From: Mycolicibacterium smegmatis
Lineage (GTDB): Bacteria > Actinomycetota > Actinomycetes > Mycobacteriales > Mycobacteriaceae
Length of the DNA stretch: 32,000 nt
Reading direction: 5' to 3'
NCBI RefSeq assembly: GCF_001457595.1
Contig: NZ_LN831039.1
Coordinates: forward strand, 4,500,001-4,532,000
A program made the position numbers and the translations under genes. The notes beneath the pieces were generated by a model. That model was given only the letters and a program-made list of their open reading frames with translations. It was not told the DNA's origin and made no database searches. Below, piece after piece: positions 1 to 7,593 of the stretch (position 1 is its first letter; each line of letters starts with the position of its first letter).

Positions 1-207
1 TTCCAACAGCGCCCGGTAATCGGTCTGCTGGGGGTCGTAGGTGATCTCAACCGCCTCGGCGTGTCCGGGATGGTTGCGGTAGGTGGGGTGGTCGTTGTCT
101 CCCCCGGTGTAACCGACCCGGGTGGAGATCACGCCGGGCAGCGCGCGGATGAGATCTTCCAGTCCCCAGAAACATCCGCCCGCCAGCACTGCAGTATGGG
201 TTGTCAT
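1..207 (-). CDS. msrA: peptide-methionine (S)-S-oxide reductase MsrA, N-terminal part; gene runs off the left edge
   Basis: Minus-strand translation from the ATG at 207-205 reads [69 protein letters not shown], which includes the MsrA GCFWG active-site motif. The start overlaps the upstream msrB stop in an ATGA. Confidence 0.9.
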   Translation of the reverse strand, partial: MTTHTAVLAGGCFWGLEDLIRALPGVISTRVGYTGGDNDHPTYRNHPGHAEAVEITYDPQQTDYRALLE

Positions 208-413
208 GGTTGTACCTCGTTGAGTTGGGAGTCGGTGTGTCGTGTCGAATCGCCGGACGAGTCGAAGAGGCTCAGGTAACGCCCGTATCCCTCGGCTTCC
301 AGATCGTCGCGGTGGATGAAACGCAGCGACGCTGAGTTGATGCAGTAGCGCAGCCCGCCGTCGGACATCGGGCCGTCGGTGAAGACGTGCCCGAGATGGC
401 TGTCCCCGTGGCG
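204..413 (-). pseudogene. msrB: msrB 3' fragment (C-terminal half of methionine-R-sulfoxide reductase), separated from its 5' half by an IS
   Basis: Minus-strand frame reads [55 protein letters not shown]..., carrying the MsrB HLGHVF / RYCINS signature. It has no start codon of its own and abuts the IS end. Confidence 0.85.
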
Positions 414-445
414 GAATTTGTCAAGGTGTTTGAGTCCAGTGGGTG

Positions 446-1459
446 TTAAGCGGCTTCCGTTTCGGTCTCCTGTTCGGCCGGTTTGGGTGGGTTGATCGCC
501 GCGGATTCAGGTAGGTCGATGACCTTGGGTGCGGTGTCGCGGCCGAATCGGCGTGGGTGGCGCGCCCTGGCGTCGGCGAGCACGGCTCGGCGCTGGGTGT
601 CTTTCCCGCCGGCGAGGCCGTAGAACACATCGGCGGGTGTGTGCAGCCCGATGCCGCTGTGGCGGTGTTCATGGTTGTACCACTGCACGAATCGGTCCAT
701 GAAATCCCTCGCGTGATGGATGGATTCGAAGCGTTCCGGGAACGCCGGCGCATACTTCAAGGTCTTGAACCAGGACTCGCTGTAGGGGTTGTCGTTGGAT
801 ACCTTGGGCCGCGAATGCGAGCGGATGACGCCCAGATCCGAGAGCAGTCCGGCGACGGTGTTGCTGGTCATCGAGGTGCCCCGATCAGCGTGCACGACGT
901 GTGGGATGCCGTAGGTGCCGAAGATCTGTTCCATCATCTCCTTGGCCAGCTGGCCGCATTCGCGGGCGTGCACATGGACCCCGACGATGTAACGCGAGTA
1001 AATGTCGATCATCACGTAGGCGTCGTAGTAGACCCCTTTGACCGGGCCGGCCAGTTTGGTGATGTCCCACGAATACACCTGCCGCGGCGCGGTGGCCACC
1101 AGTTCCGGGCAGACCGCTTTGCGGTGCCGGGCCAGCCGACGGCGCTCCTTGACCAGCTTGTTGGCATTGAGGACGCGGTACATCGTCGACACCGAACACA
1201 GGTAGCTGCCTTCATCGAGCAACGTGGCCCACACCTGCATCGGCGCGGCATCGACGAACCGGGCACTGTTGAGCACCTCAACCACCCGGGCGCATTCGGA
1301 CTCGGTGAGCTTGTTGACCGGGACCGGTCGTGGTGCCCGATCGGCAGGCGCCGGCGCGGGTTTGGCGCGTCGAGTGGCCGTCGAGCGGTGCATGCCGGTC
1401 ACCTCCGCGGCCTTGCGGGTCGGAATCTGGATATCCCGCAGATCGTTGTAGGCATCCAT
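446..1459 (-). CDS. IS3-family transposase OrfB (DDE / rve integrase domain)
   Basis: 337-aa ORF with DDE-type motifs ([33 protein letters not shown]). Its ATG overlaps the orfA TGA (TGATG). Confidence 0.9.
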   Translation of the reverse strand: MDAYNDLRDIQIPTRKAAEVTGMHRSTATRRAKPAPAPADRAPRPVPVNKLTESECARVVEVLNSARFVDAAPMQVWATLLDEGSYLCSVSTMYRVLNANKLVKERRRLARHRKAVCPELVATAPRQVYSWDITKLAGPVKGVYYDAYVMIDIYSRYIVGVHVHARECGQLAKEMMEQIFGTYGIPHVVHADRGTSMTSNTVAGLLSDLGVIRSHSRPKVSNDNPYSESWFKTLKYAPAFPERFESIHHARDFMDRFVQWYNHEHRHSGIGLHTPADVFYGLAGGKDTQRRAVLADARARHPRRFGRDTAPKVIDLPESAAINPPKPAEQETETEAA

Positions 1460-1887
1460 CAGCGCTTGGTCGGCGGCGTGTCGGTGTCCGCGCTCTCGGA
1501 GAGAGACTCCAAGAGCGCGTGTGCTTTTCCCATGATCCCCAGGGCAGCCTCGGTGGTCGCCAGCCGATTATTGGCCTGGGCGAGTTCCTTTTTCAGGCGG
1601 GCGATCTCGGCCTGCTCGCGGGTGAGTTTACCGACCTTCTCCCCAGGTGCCTTGCCTTCCAACACCCCAGCATCGCGTTGTTTGCGCCACTCGGCGATCT
1701 GCGAGGAATACAACCCCTCACCGCGCAGGTACGCCCCACCATCGTTGGTCGTACAGGCCTGCTCATAGGCATCCAGGTGGGCCAGCTTCTGCGCCGGAGA
1801 AATCGAGCGCCGCCGGCGCGGGCCATCAGATCGCGGTGAAGGTGCCACCGCTCCAGTCTCGCGCACAGCAGCCATCGTCGTCGTCAT
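1459..1887 (-). CDS. IS3-family transposase OrfA (HTH plus coiled-coil region)
   Basis: 142-aa ORF immediately upstream of orfB, with a heptad-like [29 protein letters not shown] segment typical of IS3 OrfA. orfB lies in the -1 frame relative to it. Confidence 0.85.
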   Translation of the reverse strand: MTTTMAAVRETGAVAPSPRSDGPRRRRSISPAQKLAHLDAYEQACTTNDGGAYLRGEGLYSSQIAEWRKQRDAGVLEGKAPGEKVGKLTREQAEIARLKKELAQANNRLATTEAALGIMGKAHALLESLSESADTDTPPTKR

Positions 1888-1976
1888 GGTTCAGGTGATT
1901 CCGTTCTCGCCCCGAGATCAAGCCAAGTTGCCAAGTTGCTAAGTACCAGTGGACTCAACTCACCCTGACACCCAGG

Positions 1977-2267
1977 GTGGCGTGAACGAACTTCGGTGCG
2001 CACCATGAAGTGACTGCGGTCAGACTTCTCGACGACGTAGCCGTCGTCGAGTGGTCTGGTGAAACTCGGCCAACCGGTTCCGCTGTCGAACTTGTCGGCA
2101 GAGGCGAACAACGGCTCCCCCGACACCACGTCGACATAAATGCCTGGTTCGTGATTGTTGACGTACTCACCGGAGAAGGGTGGCTCGGTGCCGCTCTCCT
2201 GGGTCACGTGGTACTGCTCGGGGCTCAGCGCCTCGAGTGCGTCGGGATTCTTGCGATATTCGTGCAT
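1977..2267 (-). pseudogene. msrB: msrB 5' fragment (N-terminal part of methionine-R-sulfoxide reductase)
   Basis: ATG at 2267-2265 preceded by GAGGAG. It reads [97 protein letters not shown] and then runs into the IS end. Joining it to 204-413 through one copy of CGCCAC restores ...[17 protein letters not shown]... Confidence 0.85.
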
Positions 2268-2289
2268 TCGGATGCTCCTCAGGACTCGG

Positions 2290-3066
2290 CTAGTTGCGTC
2301 CGGCCATGACGCCACCGTCGACGTTGAGAATCGCCCCGGTGATCCAGTCGGCCTGGTCGGACAGAAGGAACGTGATCGCGTTCGCCACGTCGGCCGGCGT
2401 ACCCACGCGGCCGAGGGGGTGCATCGGCGCGAACGTCGCGAGGGTGGCATCGATCTCGTCTGCGGGGATGAACTTTTCGTACAGCGGTGTCTTCACGACC
2501 GCCGGTGCGACCGCGTTCACACGGATGCCGTTGCCCGCCAATTCGATTGCCAGATTGTGTGTGAGAGCGTGCAGGGCCGCCTTCTGCATGGAGTAGGCCG
2601 TCGACGGGGTTGCCCCGATGGCCTGGTGCGCCCACATGGAGCCGATGTTGACAATCGATCCACCTACGGTTTGGGCCACCATGCCTGCCACCACGGTCTG
2701 GGTGAGGAAGAACAGCGCGTAATTCAGATCGAGATACGAATCGTAAGACTCGGCGTCGTAGTCCAGGAACGGCTTCGGGACGAAGAAGCCGGCGGCATTG
2801 ACCATCAACGTCGCGTCACCGTGATGCTCGGAAAGCGCTGTCTGGACGTCGGCAACCGCGGCCCGGTCTGTCAACTCCGCGGCGATTCCCCAGGCCTGTC
2901 CCCCTCGGCTCTTCACTTCGGCAACCGTGTCATCGACACGACGTTTCGAACGTCCGATGACCACGGCGCTTCCGCCGCGATCGACGATGTCTAGCGCTGC
3001 TTGGCGTCCCATCCCGGCACTACCGCCGACAACGACGACCTTCTTGCCCTCGAACTCTCCACCCAC
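2290..3066 (-). CDS. short-chain dehydrogenase/reductase (SDR) family oxidoreductase, paralog 1
   Basis: [14 protein letters not shown] Rossmann motif, NAAG, and catalytic S...YSMQK (YxxxK). The GTG at 3066 has GAAAGGA upstream. An alternative GTG lies at 3090 (the ORF-track start). Confidence 0.85.
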   Translation of the reverse strand: MGGEFEGKKVVVVGGSAGMGRQAALDIVDRGGSAVVIGRSKRRVDDTVAEVKSRGGQAWGIAAELTDRAAVADVQTALSEHHGDATLMVNAAGFFVPKPFLDYDAESYDSYLDLNYALFFLTQTVVAGMVAQTVGGSIVNIGSMWAHQAIGATPSTAYSMQKAALHALTHNLAIELAGNGIRVNAVAPAVVKTPLYEKFIPADEIDATLATFAPMHPLGRVGTPADVANAITFLLSDQADWITGAILNVDGGVMAGRN

Positions 3067-3137
3067 TGCTCGGATCCTTTCGTAGATCACCTGCGCTGCC
3101 GCCCAGGCATGTAGAAGGTCGAGCCTGGCTCCGAGGA

Positions 3138-3179
3138 GGGTTAGCTGTCGTCACCCCGCGGGGTCAACCACCCGGGTGA
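3138..3179 (-). promoter_or_regulatory. composite element copy A, sense for SDR1-msrB-msrA
   Basis: Minus strand reads TCACCCGGGTGG-TTGACCCCGCG-GGGTGA-CGACAGC-TAACCC. It lies 71 nt upstream of the GTG at 3066. Confidence 0.7.
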
Positions 3180-3202
3180 ATCGGGTTCCGCGGCGCGGAC
3201 GT

Positions 3203-3244
3203 TCACCCGGGTGAGGAACCGCTGTGGGCGATGACTGTTCACCC
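3203..3244 (+). promoter_or_regulatory. composite element copy A', sense for the cupin-to-MFS operon
   Basis: Plus strand reads TCACCCGGGTGA-GGAACCGCTGT-GGGCGA-TGACTGT-TCACCC. It lies 58 nt upstream of the GTG at 3303 and is back-to-back with copy A. Confidence 0.7.
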
Positions 3245-3302
3245 GCCGCTGGTGAAGGCTGCTCGTCAAGACACCCGAATGAGAGGGAACGAAAGGGCAG
3301 CC

Positions 3303-3737
3303 GTGAGAGTCCTGAGAGCATTCACCGCACTGACCGCCGTTCTGGCGGTGGCGCACGCTGCCCATGCCGATCCGATGCCGCCGAACGCCAACCAGGCACC
3401 GGTGGTGCGCAAGGTGTTCGACCAGCCCAGCAATGTTCCGGGCAAAGTCGTGCAGGCCGTGACCGTCAGCTACCCACCCGGGTCACGCAGTGCGCCTCAC
3501 CACCATGCGAAGTCAGCGTTCATCATGGCTTACGTGATCTCAGGCGCGATCCGAAGCGAAGTCGAGGGCGCGCAGCCGGCGCGGATCTACCATGCCGGCG
3601 AGACGTGGAGCGAATCCCCTGGCGCACACCACACGATCAGTGAGAACGCCAGTGCCACCGAACCCGCCGAATTGCTCGCGGTCTTCCTGCTCGATGCCGG
3701 CGACGGTCCGCGCACCACAGACGACCCGACCCGTTGA
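3303..3737 (+). CDS. secreted cupin-domain protein, paralog 1
   Basis: Signal-peptide-like N-terminus VRVLRAFTALTAVLAVAHAAHA/DP. Cupin core YPPGSRSAPHHHAKSAFIMAYVISGAIRSEVEG...YHAGETWSESPGAHH. The GTG at 3303 is preceded by GAAAGGG. Alternative starts are 3279 and 3231, but 3231 lies inside element A'. Confidence 0.75.
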   Translation: MRVLRAFTALTAVLAVAHAAHADPMPPNANQAPVVRKVFDQPSNVPGKVVQAVTVSYPPGSRSAPHHHAKSAFIMAYVISGAIRSEVEGAQPARIYHAGETWSESPGAHHTISENASATEPAELLAVFLLDAGDGPRTTDDPTR

Positions 3738-3749
3738 GGCGGAGGGTCT

Positions 3750-4304
3750 GTGCACACGCCTGATCCGGTTCGGGTCGTCCGGTTTGCCCTTCGGTTGTCA
3801 CTGGCCGCGGCATTTCTGTCCGCCGTCGCAGACCGCTTCGGCTGGTGGGAGCCACTGGGCCAGGGCAACTGGGGCAGCATGAGTACCTTCGCCGAATACA
3901 CACACCAGCTTGTTCCGTTCTCGCCGGGATGGCTGCTCACCGCTATCGTCTGGGCGTCCACCGCAACCGAATCCGTACTGGGGGTGTTGTTGCTGACGGG
4001 CCGGTGGCCGAGATACGTCGGTGCGGCAACTTGTTTGGTGCTCATCGTGTTCGGTGTTGCGATGGCGGTCTCTCTCGGTGTCGAGTCGCCGCTGAGCTAC
4101 AGCGTGTTCACCGCCGCGAGCGGTGCTGCGGCCTACGCAGTGCTCGGCACCACATCGCCGCTTCATGCGCCGGACGGCAAGGAGTCCATCGCTCGGACAC
4201 CCCGTCGCACCTCGATGGGGGGCCCTCAGCGTATTGACGTCGAGGCGGGCCGGGCAGCCCAGGCTGTTTTGGTCGAACACCACTGGAAGCGATGGTGGAC
4301 ATGA
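3750..4304 (+). CDS. DoxX-like integral membrane protein
   Basis: 184-aa ORF with four hydrophobic segments. The GTG start is preceded by GGAGGG. The arrangement resembles DoxX/MhqP-type proteins (family call from memory). The Arg-rich C-terminal tail is unusual. Confidence 0.6.
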   Translation: MHTPDPVRVVRFALRLSLAAAFLSAVADRFGWWEPLGQGNWGSMSTFAEYTHQLVPFSPGWLLTAIVWASTATESVLGVLLLTGRWPRYVGAATCLVLIVFGVAMAVSLGVESPLSYSVFTAASGAAAYAVLGTTSPLHAPDGKESIARTPRRTSMGGPQRIDVEAGRAAQAVLVEHHWKRWWT

Positions 4305-5785
4305 TCCGACAAGAGTTCGACGTCGTCGTTATCGGCGGCGGTGTGGGCGGCGTGGCCGCCGTGCGAAAGCTCGCGGCGGCCGGGCTCACGGTCGCGATCA
4401 TCGAGGATCGGCTGGTCGGTGGTGAGTGCCATTACTTCGGCTGCAACCCGAGCAAGACACTCATCCGCCCGATCGAGGTGTTCAACCTGGCGAGAGCAGT
4501 CCCCGGGGTACGGGAGACCATTGGGAAAGAGATAGTTTACACCCCAAGAGTTTTCGACAAGCGCGACGCGATCATCGAGTACCTCTCGGACCACGACCGG
4601 ACCACCTCATTGCAACAGGCCGGCGCAGCGGTGTTCCACGGGTCCGGCCGATTGAGCGGTCCCAGAACCGTGCGGGTGACGCACACCGATCGCCACGCCG
4701 GCCACACCGACTCTGTCCTGACCGCGCTCCACGCGGTCGTTCTCGCCACAGGCACCCGTCCCAACATCCCGGCGGTACCGGGGTTGGCCCAGGCACGCCC
4801 GTGGACCAACAGGGATCTGACCACCATGACACACGTGCCTGGGCGCACTCTGGTCGTCGGTGGCGGTCCGATGAGCGTCGAGTTCTCCACGATCCTGGCC
4901 GGCCTGGGTTCCGAGGTGACGCATCTGGTACGCGGAAACTCATTGCTGGGCGGTTGTGAACCCGAAGCCCGTGAGATGGTCACGCAGTCGTTGCGAGACA
5001 ACGGCGTCACGTTCCACTTCGGCACGCAGTTGTCGGGGGTCGCCCGTCCGGTGCCGGCCGGGCCGGTCACCGTGACTTTCAAGAACCGGACCGCCGAGGT
5101 CGACGAGATCGTGCTTGCCGCCGGACGGCACACCAACACCGACGACCTCGGACTGGACACCGTCGGTCTTCGCAGTGGCGAAATCGTCGCAGTCAACGAC
5201 AATCTCCAGGCGGTCGGCGTCCCCGGCGGCTGGTTGTACGCTCTGGGCGACACCACCGGACGTGCACGGCTGTCACACATCTCGACCTATCACGGCCGAC
5301 TTGCGGCCGACATCATCGTCGCCCGGGCCGCCGGCCACCACCACCTGCTCGACGAGCTCTCCGCACGCGACGCCCACAGTCAGGCGCAGGTCATCTTCAC
5401 CGACCCTCAGTTCGTCAGGGTGGGGCGCTCGGAACATCAAGCCAGAGCGGAAGGTCTCGCGGTGAGGACACGAACTGCGCACTACCCCGAGGCCGTGACG
5501 CATTTCGCACTCAACAGAGACGAGTTCGTCGGATGGGCCAAACTGGTCATCGACGACGAGCACAACACCCTGCTGGGCGCGACGTTCGTGGGTCCGCAGT
5601 TCTCCGAGTTGGTGCAGGCAGCCACTCTGGCCATCGTCGCGAAGCTGCCCATCAGTCTCCTTCGCCACGCCGTCGCTCCGCACCCGACCATCAATCAGGC
5701 ATGGGATCCGCTCCTCGCGCAGGAAACCGAACTTGTTCAGCACCTGAGGACCTGCGAGCCGACAACGCACCGGGTGGCGCTGTGA
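4292..5785 (+). CDS. class-I FAD/NAD(P)-dependent pyridine nucleotide-disulfide oxidoreductase
   Basis: FDVVVIGGGVGG FAD motif, redox-active GGECHYFGCNPSK (CxxxxC), second Rossmann motif LVVGGGPMSVEF, and C-terminal HPT motif. An alternative ATG lies at 4301. Confidence 0.85.
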   Translation: MVDMIRQEFDVVVIGGGVGGVAAVRKLAAAGLTVAIIEDRLVGGECHYFGCNPSKTLIRPIEVFNLARAVPGVRETIGKEIVYTPRVFDKRDAIIEYLSDHDRTTSLQQAGAAVFHGSGRLSGPRTVRVTHTDRHAGHTDSVLTALHAVVLATGTRPNIPAVPGLAQARPWTNRDLTTMTHVPGRTLVVGGGPMSVEFSTILAGLGSEVTHLVRGNSLLGGCEPEAREMVTQSLRDNGVTFHFGTQLSGVARPVPAGPVTVTFKNRTAEVDEIVLAAGRHTNTDDLGLDTVGLRSGEIVAVNDNLQAVGVPGGWLYALGDTTGRARLSHISTYHGRLAADIIVARAAGHHHLLDELSARDAHSQAQVIFTDPQFVRVGRSEHQARAEGLAVRTRTAHYPEAVTHFALNRDEFVGWAKLVIDDEHNTLLGATFVGPQFSELVQAATLAIVAKLPISLLRHAVAPHPTINQAWDPLLAQETELVQHLRTCEPTTHRVAL

Positions 5786-6750
5786 GCCTCCGTGCGGCGG
5801 GTGTGCGCGCTTTCGGCGACGCGGTACAGACCCTCGAGATCCACGCGCCGCGCCCTTTGGCAACTGACGAGGTCCTCATCGAGGTTCGCAGCGCCGGTAT
5901 CGGCAATTGGGATGACATCATCCGCACCGGCGGATGGGATGTCGGCACGCGTCCACCACTGGTACTCGGCGTGGAAGGGGCCGGGGTCATCAGGAGCGTC
6001 GGCAGCGACCAGACCGGCTTCCGCATCGGCGATGAGGTCCTGTGTCACCCCGTTCCGCTTCGCGATCAAGGGACATGGGCGCCATACCTGATCGCGCCCG
6101 TCGGATCTCTGGCGCGCAAGCCGCCTGAGATCTCTTGGGAGACCGCAGCGGTCTTCCCGATCCCCGCGTTGACCGCTGAGCAGGTCGTCGGCGATGCGTT
6201 GGCCCTTGGGGATTCGGACACCTTGCTCGTCCACGGAGCGGGTGGGCTCACCGGTGGGCTCATCGTCCAGTTGGCGGCCCTGCGCGGAGTCGATGTGCTC
6301 GCCACCGCAAGCCCACGCAGCGCCGACCGGGTGCGCGGGTACGGCGCACGTGAGGTGCTCGACTACCGGGATCCGTTGTGGCCACATCACGCAAAGGCGT
6401 TGACAACAACCCCCATCCGCGCCGTCGCCAACGCGGCCCCCGGCGGCGCTGACGCGGCGATGACGTCACTGGCCGACAGCGGCCGATTGGTGACCATCAC
6501 ACCGGATCCGCCGGCATCAACCCGTGGCATCACCGTCGGTTCCGTCTACGTACGGTCCGACGGTGCTCAACTCGCCCGCCTGACGGCATTACTCGCTGCT
6601 CGGCAATTGCGCATGCCGGCCCCGCGGACCTGCCGTCCGGAGGAGGCAGCCGACGCTCTCGCGCGGGTCGTCGCAGGCGAAGAGCCCAGCGGTGTGGCCA
6701 TCAACCCGGGCCACCGCGCGGCCGGGGCGACGCCAGACCGCCCCGGATGA
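5782..6750 (+). CDS. MDR-family (zinc-type ADH / NADPH:quinone oxidoreductase-like) protein 1
   Basis: The GTG overlaps the upstream stop (GTGA). PLVLGVEGAGVIRSVG and VHGAGGLTGGLIVQLA motifs are typical of quinone-oxidoreductase-type MDRs. Confidence 0.8.
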   Translation: MSLRAAGVRAFGDAVQTLEIHAPRPLATDEVLIEVRSAGIGNWDDIIRTGGWDVGTRPPLVLGVEGAGVIRSVGSDQTGFRIGDEVLCHPVPLRDQGTWAPYLIAPVGSLARKPPEISWETAAVFPIPALTAEQVVGDALALGDSDTLLVHGAGGLTGGLIVQLAALRGVDVLATASPRSADRVRGYGAREVLDYRDPLWPHHAKALTTTPIRAVANAAPGGADAAMTSLADSGRLVTITPDPPASTRGITVGSVYVRSDGAQLARLTALLAARQLRMPAPRTCRPEEAADALARVVAGEEPSGVAINPGHRAAGATPDRPG

Positions 6751-6799
6751 CCGTGACTCACCCAACACCGAAGCAGTTTCAACACCGAGGAGCATCGCG

Positions 6800-7195
6800 A
6801 TGACAACCACCAGCACCAGGATCCACACCGGGGTCGGCGCCCACATCGCCACTGGATACGCCGATGCGATCGCCGTACCCAGCGCTGGCACAACGATTTA
6901 CGTGTCTGGGACTCCCGGGTTGCGTGAAGACGGCACCACGCCCGAGGACTTCACCGAGGAAGCCCGGCAGTGCTGGGCCAATGTCGAGGCCGCGCTCACC
7001 AAGGCGGGTGCCGCCCTCACCGACATCGTCTACATGCGGCAATGGCTCACGAGCCGCGACAACGTGTCGGCGTACATGGCGGTGAGCGGAGACGTCATTC
7101 GTCATCAACCCGCGGCCATGCTCACCATCGTCACCGGCCTGGTGTGGCCCAGCATCCACGTCGAGGTCGAAGTCGTCGCAGTCCTGCCGGCATGA
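6800..7195 (+). CDS. RidA/YjgF/L-PSP family protein
   Basis: ATG preceded by GAGGAG. 131 aa with ...IYVSGTPGLREDGT...EARQCWANVEAALTKAGAALTDIV...VEVEVVAVLPA, typical of the RidA fold. Confidence 0.85.
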   Translation: MTTTSTRIHTGVGAHIATGYADAIAVPSAGTTIYVSGTPGLREDGTTPEDFTEEARQCWANVEAALTKAGAALTDIVYMRQWLTSRDNVSAYMAVSGDVIRHQPAAMLTIVTGLVWPSIHVEVEVVAVLPA

Positions 7196-7593
7196 GTGAC
7201 CATCCTGTCATCGACCTGTCGGTCGACGAACTGCTCACCACGACACGTTCTGTACGCAGGCGTCTCGATCTCACCCGGCCCGTTCCTCTCGGCCTGATCC
7301 GGGAATGCCTGGAAATCGCGGTGCAGGCGCCGACGTCGGGCAATCTGCAGAACGCCAGCTTCATCGTGGTGACCGACGGCCGACAGCGCCGGGATATCGC
7401 TGACGTGTACCTGAGCACCTGGAACCAGATCGCCGCGTCGCCGTACGCGGTGGCCGACCGGTTCAAGGATGACCCAGTACGAAATCGTCAACAGCGCAGG
7501 GTCTCCGACAGCGCGGCCTACTACACCGGCACAACCTTCCACCGTGCCAAGCGGATCCCGCTCGACGATGTTCTGCACGTCGACCGATGGTGA
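7192..7593 (+). CDS. nitroreductase-family protein, apparently internally deleted (134 aa)
   Basis: ATGA overlap with the ridA stop. The N-terminus LSVDELLTTTRSVRRRLDLTRPVPLGLIRECLEIAVQAPTSGN matches nitroreductase-family N-termini. The extreme C-terminus TFHRAKRIPLDDVLHVDRW matches family C-termini. The roughly 80-90 residues normally in between are absent. Confidence 0.6.
   Translation: MSDHPVIDLSVDELLTTTRSVRRRLDLTRPVPLGLIRECLEIAVQAPTSGNLQNASFIVVTDGRQRRDIADVYLSTWNQIAASPYAVADRFKDDPVRNRQQRRVSDSAAYYTGTTFHRAKRIPLDDVLHVDRW

Larger units (their letters stand above)
414..1976 (-). mobile_element. IS3-family insertion sequence (about 1.56 kb) inserted in msrB
   Basis: Two overlapping transposase ORFs (orfA, then orfB in the -1 frame). 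Imperfect terminal inverted repeats: TGTCAAGGTGTTTGAGTCCAGTGG from 419, and the reverse complement of the right end, TGTCAGGGTGAGTTGAGTCCACTGG, ending at 1970. A 6-bp direct repeat GTGGCG lies at 408-413 and 1977-1982. Exact ends are ambiguous: 414/1976 if the repeat is the target duplication, 419/1970 if the ends are the canonical TG...CA. Confidence 0.85.

Noticed and set aside
557-1768. 403-aa plus-strand ORF antisense to the IS transposase genes
   Set aside because: It lies entirely opposite orfA/orfB, which have clear transposase motifs. It is Arg/Gly/Pro/Ala-rich and low in complexity, as is typical of shadow ORFs in high-GC DNA.
3474-3485. Near-match to the palindrome (CCACCCGGGTCA) inside the cupin1 coding region; also CGACCCGGGTGG at 114-125 in msrA and TCGCCGGGTGA at 29483-29493 at the mazF stop
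   Set aside because: They carry 2-3 mismatches or a missing base, lie inside coding sequence, and lack the downstream GGGTGA-YGACNNY-TCRYCC module. They are most likely chance CCCGGG-containing strings in GC-rich DNA.
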